A DNA stretch of 64,000 bases from Eledone cirrhosa (taxonomy: Eukaryota), in contig OZ024741.1 of assembly GCA_964016885.1 (NCBI GenBank), positions 370,698,001-370,762,000 on the forward strand, read 5' to 3'. Each line of letters begins with the position of its first letter. The first letter of the stretch is position 1. Below are positions 1 to 15,535 of this stretch, in pieces. The notes under the pieces are model-generated. The model made no database searches and was not told where the DNA came from. It saw only the letters and a program-made list of their open reading frames with translations. The position numbers were made by a program, and so were the translations under genes.

Positions 1-2790
1 TTATGTTGCTGTTGTTGCTTCTGTTACTGTTGTTGCTTTTGTTGCTGTTGCTTATGTTGCTGTTGTTGCTTCTGTTGCTGTTGTTTATGTTGCTGTTGTT
101 GCTTCTGTTGCTGTTGTTTATGTTGCTGTTGTTGCTTCTGTTGCTGTTGTTGATTTTGTTGCTGTTGTTTATGTTGCTGTTGTTGCTTCTGTTGCTGTTG
201 TTGCTTCTGTTGCTGTTGTTTATGTTGCTGTTGTTGCTTCTGTTGCTGTTGTTTATGTTGCTGCTGTACTGTTGCTGTTGTTTATGTTGCTGCTGTTACT
301 GTTGCTGTTGTTTATGTTGCTGTTGTTGCTTCTGTTGCTGTTGTTGCTTTTGTTGCTGTTGTTGCTTTTGTTGCTGTTGTTTATGTTGCTGTTGTTGCTT
401 CTGTTGCTGTTGTTTATGTTGCTGCTGTACTGTTGCTGTTGTTTATGTTGCTGCTGTTACTGTTGCTGTTGTTTATGTTGCTGTTGTTGCTTCTGTTGCT
501 GTTGTTTATGTTGCTGTTGTTTATGTTGCTGTTGTTGCTTCTGTTGCTGTTGCTTGTGTTGCTGTTGTTGCTTCTGTTGCTGTTGTTTATGTTGCTGTTG
601 TTGCTTCTGTTGCTGTTGTTTATGCTGCTGTTGTTGCTTCTGTTGCTGTTGTTTATGTTGCTGTTGTTGCTTCTGTTGCTGTTGTTGCTTTTGTTGCTGT
701 TGCTTATGTTGCTGTTGTTGCTTCTGTTGCTGTTGTTTATGTTGCTGTTGTTGCTTCTGTTGCTGTTGTTTATGTTGCTGTTGTTGCTTCTGTTGCTGTT
801 GTTTATGTTGCTGCTGTTGCTTCTGTTGCTGTTGTTGCTTTTGTTGTTGTTGTTTATGTTGCTGTTGTTGCTTCTGTTGCTGTTGTTGCTTCTGTTGCTG
901 TTGTTTATGTTGCTGATGTTGCTTTTGTTGCTGTTGTTTATGTTGCTGCTGTACTGTTGCTGTTGTTTATGTTGCTGCTGTTACTGTTGCTGTTGTTTAT
1001 GTTGCTGTTGTTGCTTCTGTTGCTGTTGTTTATGTTGCTGTTGTTGCTTCTGTTGCTGTTGTTTATGTTGCTGTTGTTGCTTCTGTTGCTGTTGTTGCTT
1101 TTGTTGCTGTTGTTTATGTTGCTGTTGTTGCTTCTGTTGCTTCTGTTGCTGTTGTTGCTTCTGTTGCTGTTGTTTATGTTGCTGTTGTTGCTTTTGTTGC
1201 TGTTGTTTATGTTGCTGCTGTACTGTTGCTGTTGTTTATGTTGCTGCTGTTACTGTTGCTGTTGTTTATGTTGCTGTTGTTGCTTCTGTTGCTGTTGTTT
1301 ATGTTGCTGTTGTTGCTTCTGTTGCTGTTGTTTATGTTGCTGTTGTTGCTGTTGTTGATTTTGTTGCTGTTGTTTATGTTGCTGTTGTTGCTTCTGTTGC
1401 TGTTGTTGCTTCTGTTGCTGTTGTTTATGTTGCTGTTGTTGCTTCTGTTGCTGTTGTTTATGTTGCTGCTGTACTGTTGCTGTTGTTTATGTTGCTGCTG
1501 TTACTGTTGCTGTTGTTTATGTTGCTGTTGTTGCTTCTGTTGCTGTTGTTGCTTTTGTTGCTGTTGTTGCTTTTGTTGCTGTTGTTTATGTTGCTGTTGT
1601 TGCTTCTGTTGCTGTTGTTTATGTTGCTGCTGTACTGTTGCTGTTGTTTATGTTGCTGCTGTTACTGTTGCTGTTGTTTATGTTGCTGTTGTTGCTTCTG
1701 TTGCTGTTGTTTATGTTGCTGTTGTTTATGTTGCTGTTGTTGCTTCTGTTGCTGTTGCTTGTGTTGCTGTTGTTGCTTCTGTTGCTGTTGTTTATGTTGC
1801 TGTTGTTGCTTCTGTTGCTGTTGTTTATGCTGCTGTTGTTGCTTCTGTTGCTGTTGTTTATGTTGCTGTTGTTGCTTCTGTTGCTGTTGTTGCTTTTGTT
1901 GCTGTTGCTTATGTTGCTGTTGTTGCTTCTGTTGCTGTTGTTTATGTTGCTGTTGTTGCTTCTGTTGCTGTTGTTTATGTTGCTGTTGTTGCTTCTGTTG
2001 CTGTTGTTTATGTTGCTGTTGTTGCTTCTGTTGCTGTTGTTGCTTTTTTTGCTGTTGTTTATGTTGCTGTTGTTGCTTCTGTTGCTGTTGTTGCTTCTGT
2101 TGCTGTTGTTTATGTTGCTGTTGTTGCTTTTGTTGCTGTTGTTTATGTTGCTGCTGTACTGTTGCTGTTGTTTATGTTGCTGCTGTTACTGTTGCTGTTG
2201 TTTATGTTGCTGTTGTTGCTTCTGTTGCTGTTGTTTATGTTGCTGTTGTTGCTTCTGTTGCTGTTGTTTATGTTGCTGTTGTTTATGTTGCTGTTGTTGC
2301 TTCTGTTGCTGTTGCTTGTGTTGCTGTTGTTGCTTCTGTTGCTGTTGTTTATGTTGCTGTTGTTGCTTCTGTTGCTGTTGTTTATGCTGCTGTTGTTGCT
2401 TCTGTTGCTGTTGTTTATGTTGCTGTTGTTGCTTCTGTTGCTGTTGTTGCTTTTGTTGCTGTTGCTTATGTTGCTGTTGTTGCTTCTGTTGCTGTTGTTT
2501 ATGTTGCTGTTGTTGCTTCTGTTGCTGTTGTTTATGTTGCTGTTGTTGCTTCTGTTGCTGTTGTTTATGTTGCTGTTGTTGCTTCTGTTGCTGTTGTTGC
2601 TTTTGTTGCTGTTGTTTATGCTGCTGTTGTTGCTTCTGTTGCTGTTGTTTATGTTGCTGTTGTTGCTTCTGTTGCTGTTGCTTATGTTGCTGTTGTTGCT
2701 TCTGTTGCTGTTGTTGCTTCTGTTGCTGTTGTTTATGTTGCTGTTGTTGCTTCTGCTGCTGTTGTTTATGCTGCTGTTGTTACGATTGCT
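1..2790. repeat. GTT/GCT-derived minisatellite, ~33-bp unit (gttgctgttgtttatgttgctgttgttgcttct) with a 1205-bp higher-order duplication
   Basis: Tandem array. The variant marker 'gtact' recurs at 266/1471, 427/1632 and 951/2156, a constant offset of 1205. Confidence 0.95.
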
Positions 2791-3266
2791 CCTGTTGTTA
2801 CTGCTTTTGTTGTTTAGCCCTAGATTGGCTCTGATTTATTATTTTATTGATTACAGTCATTAGACAGTGACCATAATGCTACACCTCCTTCAACAGGTTT
2901 AGTCGATCATATCAGCCCTTACTACTTTCTTTTTTTTTTCAATTTGGCATTTATTTTATCGATTTCATTTTATTGAGCTGTAAAATTATGCGACATAAAC
3001 AAACACCGACATAAAGACACATGCACACTCACACATACATACATACACACACTCACACACTCACACAAACACGGACACAGGATGTTGTAACCCATCTAAT
3101 CCATGCCAGTGCGGAAATGGGATAAAAAAATGACGATATATATATATGTTTGTGTGTGAATGGTATTGGTTAACCCAATTTACAGTGGGAGCTAACCCGA
3201 AAGTACGCCGTTGCGAAACAAATTCCTTGACCACAAAGCCCTCACGAAGCCTATATCGCCTATATG

Positions 3267-3325
<59 letters not shown>

Positions 3326-3525
3326 GTGTCTAAACACACGTACGCACACACAAGCACATGGTTTTTGATGCAGTATTACGGTGAAAAATGAGCAGTTTAA
3401 ATGAGCAGTTTAGAAATAGCTGAGATATCAGTTAACTCCCCTTACCACCACCATCACCACCACCACCACCACCACCACCACCGCCACCACAACTATACAA
3501 TCGCGTTCTCTTTCTTTATCTCTCG

Positions 3526-3665
<140 letters not shown>

Positions 3666-3789
3666 GCTATTTATTTGTTTATGTTTATTGTTGTCAAAGT
3701 CATTTTTAAGTCTTGCAAATCAAAAATGAATGTATGCAGACTATTGCTGCTGTTGTTGTTATTATTGTTGCTGCTGCTGTCGTTGTATA

Positions 3790-5057
3790 TTGATGTTGTG
3801 GTTGTTGTTGGTTGGTGGTGGTTGTGCTGGTGGCGGCGGCGGTGGTGGTGTTACTGGTGTTGTTGTTGTTGGTGGTGGTGGTGGCTGTGGTGGTGGTGCA
3901 GGTGCTGGTGGTTGTGTGATGTGGTGATGGTATTGGTGTTGTTGTTGTTGGTGGTGGTGGTTGTGGTGGTGGTTGTGGTGGGGGCGGTGGTGGTACTGGT
4001 GTTGTTGTTGTTGGTGGTTGTGGTTGTGGTGGTGGTTGTGGTGGGGGCGGTGGTGGTACTGGTGTTGTTGTTGTTGGTGGTGGTGGTTGTGGTGGTGGCG
4101 GTGGTGGTACTGGTGTTGTTGCTGTTGTTGGTGGTGGTTGTGGTGGTGGCGGTGGTGGTATTGGTGTTGTTTGTTGTTGGTGGTGGTGGTTGTGGTGGTG
4201 GTTGTGGTGGGGGCGGTGGTGGTACTGGTGTTGTTGCTGTTGTTGGTGGTGGTTGTGGTGGTGGTGGTGGTGGTGGTACTGGTGTTGTTGTTGTTGGTGG
4301 TGGTGGTTGTGGTGGTGGCGGTGGTGGTACTGGTGTTGTTGCTGTTGTTGGTGGTGGTTGTGGTGGGGGCGGTGGTGGTACTGGTGTTGTTGTTGTTGTT
4401 GGTGGTGGTTGTGGTGGTGGCGGTGGTGGTACTGGTGTTGTTGTTGTTGTTGGTGGTGGTTGTGGTGGTGGTGGTGGTGGTGGTACTGGTGTTGTTGTTG
4501 TTGTTGGTGGTGGTTGTGGTGGTGGCGGTGGTGGTACTGGTGTTGTTGCTGTTGTTGGTGGTGGTTGTGGTGGTGGCGGTGGTGGTACTGGTGTTGTTGT
4601 TGTTGTTGGTGGTGGTTGTGGTGGTGGTGGTGGTGGTACTGGTGTTGTTGTTGTTGTTGTTGGTGGTGGTTGTGTGGTGGCGGTGGTGGTACTGGTGTTG
4701 TTGCTGTTGTTGGTGGTGGTTGTGGTGGTGGCGGTGGTGGTACTGGTGTTGTTGCTGTTGTTGGTGGTGGTTGTGGTGGTGGCGTGGTGGTACTGGTGTT
4801 GTTGTTGTTGTTGGTGGTGGTTGTGGTGGTGGTGGTGGTGGTACTGGGTGTTGTTGTTGTTGTTGTTGGTGGTGGTTGTGGTGGTGGCGGTGGTGGTACT
4901 GTGTTGTTGCTGTTGTTGGTGGTGGTTGTGGTGGGGGCGGTGGTGGTACTGGTGTTGTTGTTGTTGGTGGTGGTGGTTGTGGTGGTGGCGGTGGTGGTAC
5001 TGGTGTTGTTGTTGTTGTTGGTGGTGGTTGTGGTGGTGGTGGTGGTGGTGGTACTGG

Positions 5058-5088
<31 letters not shown>

Positions 5089-5210
5089 GGAGGTGATTGT
5101 GGTGATTGTGGTGTGGTGGTGTTGGTGTTGTTGTTGGTGGGGGTGGGGGTGGTGGTGGTGGTGGTGGTTGTGGTGATGGAGGTGGTTGTGGTGGAGGTGG
5201 TACTGTAGTT
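3790..5210. repeat. (GGT/GTT)-derived G-rich minisatellite, unit ~ggtggtggttgtggtggtggcggtggtggtactggtgttgttgttgtt
   Basis: Degenerate tandem trinucleotide-derived unit. A related array lies at 61600-62360. Confidence 0.9.
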
Positions 5211-5300
5211 CTGGTGTTGTTAGTGCTGTTGCAGATTGCATGGCATTTGTTGCATGCTAAGAGGTACACAGGATGAATTATTGGCAATATATGACACGCC

Positions 5301-5337
<37 letters not shown>

Positions 5338-5867
5338 GCTATAACAACAACATCCACAATAACACTAGCAATGGCAGAAACGATGATATTAATGATGAAA
5401 ATAATAATGACTTCTTTTATTGGTCAACAACAACCAACATCAATTGCGGAATAGTAAAACAACATGAGCAATAACAATATCAATCATATGTAGTAGTAGA
5501 AGAAGGAGGAGGGAGAAGAAGAAGAAGAAGAAGAAGAAGAAGAAGAAGAAGAAGAAGAAGAAGAAGAAGAAGAAGAAGAAGGGGTGGAGGAGGGTGGGAG
5601 GGGGAGAAGGAGGAGGAGAAGGAGGAGGGCGGAGAAGGAGGAGGAGGAGAAGAATAAGAGGATTTGGGGAAGAGAGGGGTACATAAATGGACAGAGAAAT
5701 TTGTCGGGAAAGGAAGTGATATTTGGAATTCCTGAGAGATATGGAAGAGAAACGGAAGGAGTGATAGTATCGTTTAAGATATGAATAATATATTCCTCTG
5801 TTTTACTATCCCTTCACACACACACACATACACACAGACACACATACACACATATACACACACGCAT

Positions 5868-5917
<50 letters not shown>

Positions 5918-6081
5918 TTATATATAATTACATACATATATATATTCATTCATATGTATATATATTCAACTTACTTGATGGAGGTTACTTCTCTGAAGAC
6001 CTTCTACTACGGTCCAGCTCTCCTGGCAGTTTCTTACCAGTATATAAATGAATATATATATATATATATGTATATATATAG

Positions 6082-6123
<42 letters not shown>

Positions 6124-6771
6124 CACACAACGAGATATAGAGAGCGAGAGAGAGAGAGATGTTAAATCCCGACAGCCGCGCCATATATATAGGAACTGTA
6201 TGAATGTATGTATGTGTGTGTTGTGAGGTGGGGGGGTTGTATGTGTAGATATCGTCAAGTGTATAAGAATGGAACAGCTTTTCTGGAGTACAGTCATGTT
6301 TTCAACCCTCGGCAGCATCAGCATCGTTGTCATTTAACGTTCATCTTCCATGTTAATCGGAGATCCACATCTCACACTCAATAGAAGACAACTGTTCCAT
6401 GTCATTGTAGTTGTAGCACTGAGGCGGTTATCATGTCTATGACATAATTGAAGAGTTTTTTCAACTCTACATTTGGCAGGTTTTCTACGGCTGGGTGGGC
6501 TTCCTATCACCGGCCATTTTAGAGGATGTACAGGGTGTATTTATTGTGTTACCAACAATAGAGAGGTTTTCGTGCCCATGACACAATTAGATAGTCCTCT
6601 TGAGATTATATAAATAAATATTCTCAAGGCACCGGCAGTATATATATATATGCTACCGGTGCCTTGAGAAAGCAACACGAAAATTCAGCACGGAGCATAT
6701 CAAAGGATCGAAATAACAGAAGTAAGATTTATTCCATCTTTATGTTTTTTTGTTTTTTTCTGTTCAGATTC

Positions 6772-6831
6772 TAGCAGTCTGATGAGGTCATAGCTGTTGC
6801 ATAATGGTTATCACCGAAATATATATAACAG
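6772..6831 (+). ncRNA. Hammerhead ribozyme motif, type I, weak stem I
   Basis: CTGATGA (6779-6785), stem II GGT..ACC extended, GAAA (6816-6819), then TATATA-TA. Stem I has only ~2 bp. Confidence 0.5.
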
Positions 6832-6975
6832 TTACTATGTATAAACGAAGTTATTTTTAACCTGTTGATTGTTTATAAATACACCGGAGTAAACAGACCC
6901 ACCTGTGCACTTCTTCGAGTGTTCTACCCTACATACTGAAGTGTCAGAGATTAACCAACATATACTTGAAATAAT

Positions 6976-7017
<42 letters not shown>

Positions 7018-7021
<4 letters not shown>

Positions 7022-7625
7022 ATGAGAAGAATGAATACTGCGTGGTTGCACATGGGTTACATATGATAAAAGTAGTCCTTCATCAGTGATTTTCCAACCT
7101 TCATTGGTATTTCATCGCTTTAAAAATCATATATCTCCAGTTGGTGCAAGCAATAGCTAAATAAAGCTATTGGGACAAGTAAATCGCGTAAAGCGAGCGA
7201 GACAAGTAAACAAACATAGAAGGATAGCAACGCAAAGATAGGAAAAAACAAGCACATGGGCGTCCGATCAGCTTAAGCTGTGTGGATTTCATAGCGAGAG
7301 TCAACAGACCGTGCGACGCGAGTGAGGTGTGACCAAGAAAGGACCCCACTTCAGGCCAAACGGGAGGAAGTGAGAAGGGGAGAAGCAGAGAGTGAGTGAG
7401 TGGAAGTGCGAGGAAGAGGCCAGTCGAGAGAAAGTGTAATTGACAGAGGGGGCGAAGAAGGTGAGAGAAACAGAGAGAGGGGGAAGCAGTAAGAGAGAAA
7501 CAGACAAACGCAGCTGGGGAAAATATATATAAAAAACATGAGAAGAATGAATACTGCGTGGTTGCACATGGGTTACATATGATAAAAATAGTCCTTCATC
7601 AGTGATTTTCCAACCTTCATTGGTA
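7018..7625 (-). mobile_element. Short element with ~90-bp direct terminal repeats (7018-7109, 7533-7625) between (TA)n tracts
   Basis: Near-identical repeat aaacatgagaagaatgaatactgcgtgg...ccttcattggtat at both ends. A partial third copy is at ~55978-56027. The minus strand has CTGATGA but no complete HHR. Confidence 0.6.
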
Positions 7626-7638
7626 TATATATGTATAT

Positions 7639-7699
<61 letters not shown>

Positions 7700-7708
7700 T
7701 ATCATCAC

Positions 7709-7759
7709 GGCTTCCTGGTGATTTCTCCCGAATGAAACAGTTCTAGTCCTGTAGAAGCC
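7709..7759 (+). ncRNA. Hammerhead ribozyme motif (core A6>G; same family as 23045-23095)
   Basis: GGCTTC-CTGGTGA-T TTC tccc GAA T-GAAA-CAG ttctagtc CTG-TA|GAAGCC. Confidence 0.65.
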
Positions 7760-8040
7760 ATTTCTATATTAAATATTTATACTCTGCTATGTATTGATTA
7801 CCTTACTTACTGTGGTTAACCCCGATTGAACCCGGGATGAACTTATATATATATATAAAATGTTGGTTGTTTACCGACACATCAGTATACAGGTTGGAGC
7901 ACTCAACGAAGTGCGCAGGCTAGTTGATTTACTCCGGAGTAATGTAAAAATACGAAGTGTAAGTCAACAGAGTAAAATGCTGCGAATGTGAATAAACGAA
8001 GCTAATTTTACTCTGTTGACTTACACTTCTTATTTTTAAA

Positions 8041-8429
<389 letters not shown>

Positions 8430-8586
8430 CTAATTTTACTCTGTTGACTTACACTTTTTATTTTTAAATATATATAGTAATAATAATAAATTTGAAGACT
8501 AAAATCCAAAGAGGGTTCGATAAGGATAAATATATATCAAATATATAAGGACCGTAGAGAAAATATTTATTAAAATAACAGATTAA

Positions 8587-8637
8587 AGTTTAAGCAAAGA
8601 ATCGGTGCTTTCACTCTTAACGGGATCTTCTGAAACT
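8587..8637 (-). ncRNA. Hammerhead ribozyme motif (core U4>A, decayed)
   Basis: Minus strand: AGTTT-CAGAAGA-T CCC gttaa GAG T-GAAA-GCA..TGC-TT|AAACT. The partial paralogue at ~22570-22610 shows GGG, which restores stem II. Confidence 0.55.
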
Positions 8638-9162
8638 AAAAAAGTCAATCTGTAAATGCAGAAATAAATATTTCAAAATACGTTGCAACCGGAAGAAGAC
8701 AGGAAGACGATACTTTGCTTCGTGGAAACGTTCCCTGGCAAAGAACGGGAAAAAACGAATATAATACGTCATTATTTGGAGCGGTGAAAAACAATTACAA
8801 GCAAAGACAAACCACGTTTATGGTATAAAGAGGTCGTAGACTAATATTCTCTTAGGTGGTTCATAGAGACGTTCTCTGGCAATGAACGGAAAAAACGAAG
8901 ATAATACGTCATGTGGAGCGAGGAGAACAATTGCACGCAAAGACAAAACCACGTATCGTCTTCCTGTCTTCCTCCGGTTGCAACGTTTTTTGAAATATAT
9001 ATATATATATTGTTATGCTTTGGGAGGGTCATGTTGCCAATAAGAAACACATGCACCAGTTGCTTTCACTTCAATTTATTATAAATTAAATTTATAAATT
9101 TAGGAATTTATAAATTTCCGGTTGGCTTTTTGGTTCCACAACCATACGATTGTTCATATATT

Positions 9163-9205
9163 GTCAAAGTTCTTTCGTCACACATTCTGTGACCTCTTCA
9201 GTGAC
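9163..9205 (-). ncRNA. Minimal hammerhead ribozyme in PLE pLTR (intact core, CUU site)
   Basis: GTCA-CTGAAGA-GGTCACAgaatgTGTGAC-GAAA-GaaC-TT|TGAC. Confidence 0.75.
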
Positions 9206-10740
9206 TGGGGATTATTTTCTTTGTTTTTGTGCCTCTCCTTTGTTCTGACCTACCTCATCTTGTTTTTGTGTGTGTTGTGTGCTTAGTTTGCGCATGTGTT
9301 ACATCCGGGTGTCTGTGTGTGTTTATATTTGTTTATTTATTTGTTTATTTACATGTTACTGGTTGGTTGTTTGTTCTATGTGTGTGTGTGTTTTCATTTT
9401 GTTCTTAATTGTAAGTTGTGATGTTGTTGTTCCATTCATGTTTTCTATTTAATTTTGGTTGGAGTTCATTTATGTTTATTGCCTCTGTGATTTGTATAAA
9501 CATTGCGTCTTTTCTGTGTGTAGATTCTATTTTTATTTCTATGTTCTCTAATTTACCCTTATATTCTATTTTAGCATGTTGGTGGAGTACAGATGATTCT
9601 TTACTATCTTGAAGATCTCGCCAGTGTTCATTTATCCGTTCCCCTATACAACGATCTGTCTCACCTATGTACACTATATTATTATCTCTACATTGTCCTT
9701 CCGTACATCTTATGCTATATACTGCATTTCTAGTTTTACAGTTAATATGGGGGCTTAGTTTACAGATTATACATTTCTTATCTATACAGGGAGTTCTGCA
9801 TACACCGTATGCAGTTCTCTGGTTACAATCAGAGAGAAAAAATCAGAGTATATAGAGGAGCCAGACCCAAATGGGAAAAAATGGGAAATAATGATACAAA
9901 TGGGACCTGCCCCTTGTATAGGAGCAAATTTTGGAATAGAATAAAAGAACTAGGAATAATGTTAATAGAATAAACTCATGGTATGATAGCAATAAATACC
10001 AGAGTGTAATGTTCACCGATACAACCCCTAGAGGTGAATTAACTTACAAATTTAGAAGGGCCCTAGATAAACATAAATCAATATTAAGATAGTAGAAAGA
10101 CCAGGTACCTCCATAAAAACACTTATTAGCAATACATACCCTTTTCAAAGACCTCCCTGTATAGATAAGAAATGTATAATCTGTAAACTAAGCCTCCATA
10201 TTAACTGTAAAACTTGAAATGTAGTATATAGCATAAGATGTACGGAAGGACAATGTAGAGATAAGAATATAGTGTACATAGGTGAGACAGCTCGTAAGTA
10301 TAGGGGAACGGATAAATGAACACTGACGAGGGCTTCAAGATAGTAAAGAATCATCTGTACTCCACCAACATGCTAAAATAGAACATAAGGGTAAATTAGA
10401 GAATATAGAAATAAAAATAGAATCTACACACACAAAAGACGCAATGTTTAGACAAATCACAGAGGCAATAAACACAAATGAACTCCAACCAAAATTAAAT
10501 AGAAAACATGAATGGAACAACAACATCACAACTTACAATTAAGGACAAAATGAAAACACACACACACATAGAACAAACAACCAACCAGTAACATGTAAAT
10601 AAACAAATAAATAAACAAATATAAACACACACAGACACCCGGATGTAACACATGCGCAAACTAAGCACACAACACACACAAAACAAGATGGCGTAGGACA
10701 GAACTAAGGAGAGGCACAAAAACAAAGAAAATAATCCCCA

Positions 10741-10783
10741 GTCATTGAAGAGGTCACAGAATGTGTGACGAAAGAACTTTGAC
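10741..10783 (+). ncRNA. Minimal hammerhead ribozyme in PLE pLTR (C3>U)
   Basis: GTCA-TTGAAGA-..-GAAA-GaaC-TT|TGAC. Confidence 0.6.
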
Positions 10784-10991
10784 AATATATGAACAATCGT
10801 CCGGTTGTGGAACCAACAAGCCAACCGGAAATTTATAAATTCCTAAATTTATAAATTTAATTTATCATAAATTGAAGTGAAAGCACCTGGTGCGTGTGTT
10901 TCTTATTGGCAACATGGCCCACCCAAAGTATAACAATATCGGTTTCAACACACGTTTTCAGATAAAGAATCTTGCTAAACAAATTCAGAAA

Positions 10992-11026
<35 letters not shown>

Positions 11027-11074
11027 TAGATATATTTAAAAATATGAAGTCTAAGTCAACGGGGTAAAATTAGC

Positions 11075-11188
<114 letters not shown>

Positions 11189-11239
11189 CATATATACATA
11201 TATATATATGCATATATATATATATACATATATATATAC

Positions 11240-12432
<1,193 letters not shown>

Positions 12433-12489
12433 ATATATATATATATATACGATATCAATAAATGGAAACTACATTTATAAAACCATATT

Positions 12490-12554
12490 TATTTCATTAT
12501 ACATATTTCAGGGATACCAAATTAAATTATGGTATGCCTTCATCATTCAAAATA
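12490..12554 (-). ncRNA. Decayed hammerhead motif (C3>A); same family as 57262-57327
   Basis: ATGATGA-AGGcATACCA..TGGTATcCCT-GAAA-TATGTA-TA|ATGAAATA. The downstream flank is homologous to 57328-57365. Confidence 0.55.
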
Positions 12555-12842
12555 CAATATACAACAGTTTTACAAATAAGCTTTGACGTACCCTTTTAAA
12601 ATGCAAACATTATTTTTGGAAGCCATCCGGATAGTGAGTTGTTTATATTATTTTAATAAGTCATAGTGTTAAGGACAATTAGAAAAAGATGGAGAGAAAG
12701 AAAAAGACGGAGAGAGAGAAAGAAAAACGTGGAGAAATATCGGAGAGAGAGAAATGCATGGAGAAAAAAGAAAGAGATAAATAAAGACAGGAGGAAAGAA
12801 AGAAAAAAGAAAAAAGGAAGAAATAAGAAAAACATAAATAAG

Positions 12843-12895
<53 letters not shown>

Positions 12896-13384
12896 CATTT
12901 ATGTTAGGCTATTTACCAATGGGTAGAACTGGTGGTTCGGGTTGTTAAACGAGGATGTAACAAATATATATATCATCATCATTATCATCATCATCATCAC
13001 AGTTTAACCTCTATTTTCTATGCTTGCTTGATGTTTGTTATGTACTGAGGCAAACATGGTACCATATCTGACTCGTACGTTCTATCTTTGGCTTGGTCTA
13101 CGGTTTTATGCCATTTCTATCACCAACAACTTTAGATTGTGTGCCGAAAACATAACTTTACTCCGGCAATACCACCTTACAGGATGAACTGGGTATGTTT
13201 TGTCGTGGCATCAGTACTACATCCTTAAAGTGCGGACTAGGTGGTTTTCATTGTGGAACCTGTACTACTTTAAAGAGTGGGCTGTGTGTATGTTTATCGT
13301 GGCACCAGGACTGGGGGAAGATTGTGTGGAGAGTGAGTTATATCAGTCGATATACTGTAAGGCGTGTTCGACTTTCCATACGGG

Positions 13385-13693
13385 CAGGGCCGGATTTAAA
13401 GGGGGTTCAAAGGGAGCAATTGGCCCGGGCCCCATGCAATGGGGGGGGGGGCGAGTGACCGTCGTTACAATTTATTTGTGCCATCAGCTGGGCTTTTTAG
13501 TTTTTGGATGGTTAGAATTTTTTAATTTAATACCTGTATGTATAACTTTTCAATTCCAATTACTTGCGCCAAGCTAACTTTGATATGTAAAATTAGGCGT
13601 TTGCTGAGTATTCTAATTTTTTGTGTATGAGGGTCCTCCCCGAACCTCAAGAGCCCGCACGCCCACCTCCACCCAGATTTAAATCCAACCTTG
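13385..13693. mobile_element. hAT-type MITE (non-autonomous DNA transposon)
   Basis: Imperfect TIRs cagggccggatttaaa / tttaaatccaaccttg. The 8-bp TSD is catacggg / catacagg (1 mismatch). Confidence 0.7.
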
Positions 13694-13920
13694 CATACAG
13701 GCACATGTGTTAGATGAAGAAAGTGAACCAAGTATGTAGATGGGAGGCGTGGAGAGAACCTCTGTGTCCCGTGCTGACATAGGATGGACCAACCCTAAAT
13801 TCGCTAGAGTAGTGAGTACGGCTTTACCCCTGACATGACCAAAACCAAATAGAAAGCTGTGGAGGTTAACCAGGGAGGGGATCCTCCAACAGAAATGCGA
13901 AGGCTCGACATTGGATTGTA

Positions 13921-14031
<111 letters not shown>

Positions 14032-14270
14032 ATTAGTGTGGGATGCTTAAAATGTCCGTAAGCGGTAGGCCGTTTGAGCACTCGATGCTCTTACAGAGCA
14101 GAGTATAATATCACATAAGAAACGGAGAATCAGTGGTGCGATTTCAGAGTCAGGTTCGATCACTGCATCGATCGTGCCTCGAGCTGGTCGCCAGAGAAAC
14201 GATTGTAATATGTCTAATAAATCTTATTCGTCGTACCACTGATTCTCCGTTTCTTATGTGATATATATAT

Positions 14271-14343
<73 letters not shown>

Positions 14344-14344
14344 G

Positions 14345-14575
14345 CATGTGGATGATAACTGTTGTGTGAAGAATGACCAGAAGATGCAACAGAGGAAGTT
14401 AGAGTAGAAGAAGGCCAAAAGAGTTTTGGGTACAATTGCTTAGAGCTACTTTCAAAATGGTGACCCTTACAGAGGAGATGATGAAAAAACACAAGTGGAG
14501 GCAGGCTATGCTAGGAAGGACACATCCAAGCCATGAGAAGTTGAAAGACAACGGACATAAACTGATGATGTTGAT
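14345..14575 (+). mobile_element. Degraded RTE-type LINE 3' end
   Basis: Remnant peptide RRRPKEFWVQLLRATFKMVTLTEEMMKKHKWRQAM resembles the RTE ORF C-terminus (RGRP..W....D...WR). It ends in a (tga)n-like tail. Confidence 0.55.
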
Positions 14576-14650
14576 GATATATATATATCCTCAATATCAT
14601 TTTATGTCCGTTGTCTTTCGGGTATGTATGTATATATGTATATATATATA

Positions 14651-14766
14651 TAAGTTGAAAAAAAAATGAAAACGAAATTGCATTTCTCACTCTTAGTATG
14701 GCACTTACTTAAATGTAAGTATGTATGTATACGTACATACATATATGTATACAGACGTACAGTAGC

Positions 14767-14824
<58 letters not shown>

Positions 14825-15158
14825 GCATACAGGTACACATACATATATGCACGCATCAGTTTAGCCGACGTTTATTATAACGCAGCTTTGTTCGCTTGTT
14901 TGTTTCATAAGGAAAGTATATACTTTCGAACGTTCAACTATCTGGCAGATGGGTAAACGGTGCTGATGATAGCTAACAAGCTTGAAACTAGTACATCGTT
15001 CCTGTGTCAGTGTTGAACAAAAAGGTGACGTGGTTGCCTTAACACCGTATGGCATAAATTCAGGCTGTTCTGTTTGTTGACAAACAAGCGAACAAAGCTG
15101 CGTTATAATAAACGTCGGCTAAACTGATGCGTGCATATATGTATGTGTACCTGTATGC

Positions 15159-15205
<47 letters not shown>

Positions 15206-15258
15206 TGCTACTGTACGTCTGTATACATATATGTATGTACGTATAGATACATACTTAC

Positions 15259-15263
<5 letters not shown>
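14651..15263 (+). mobile_element. Non-coding HHR-bearing element, inverted arrangement (14651-14903 opposite to 14904-15263)
   Basis: Same sequence family as 23481-24250. It has an internal (TA)n and an HHR at 14956. Confidence 0.8.
14956..15000 (+). ncRNA. Minimal type I hammerhead ribozyme (GUA site, U.U stem II base)
   Basis: AACGGTG-CTGATGA-T AGCT aaca AGCT T-GAAA-CTAG-TA|CATCGTT. Confidence 0.85.
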
Positions 15264-15325
<62 letters not shown>

Positions 15326-15460
15326 AAAAAGTATGACCGAAACGGCTTGAGCTCTGCCGCGGGGTCTTCCTATTACCCACTCTACTACCCTAAGTATTGA
15401 GTACTCTGGTGCGTTATACATATATATATGTATATATATATATATATATATGTGTGTGTG

Positions 15461-15535
<75 letters not shown>

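Larger units (their letters stand above)
9008..10993 (+). mobile_element. 5'-truncated Penelope-like element: + copy ~9803-10993 preceded by an inverted copy 9008-~9796; degraded GIY-YIG
   Basis: High similarity to the 3' part of the 43.9-47.7 kb element. ORF 9405-9674(-) reads YIGETDRCIGERINEH...QITEAINI. Flanked by (TA)n. Confidence 0.92.

Noticed and set aside
7079-7092. Hammerhead at CTGATGA (minus) in the 90-bp direct repeats
   Set aside because: No closing stem II or GAAA follows, so it is at most a deleted remnant.
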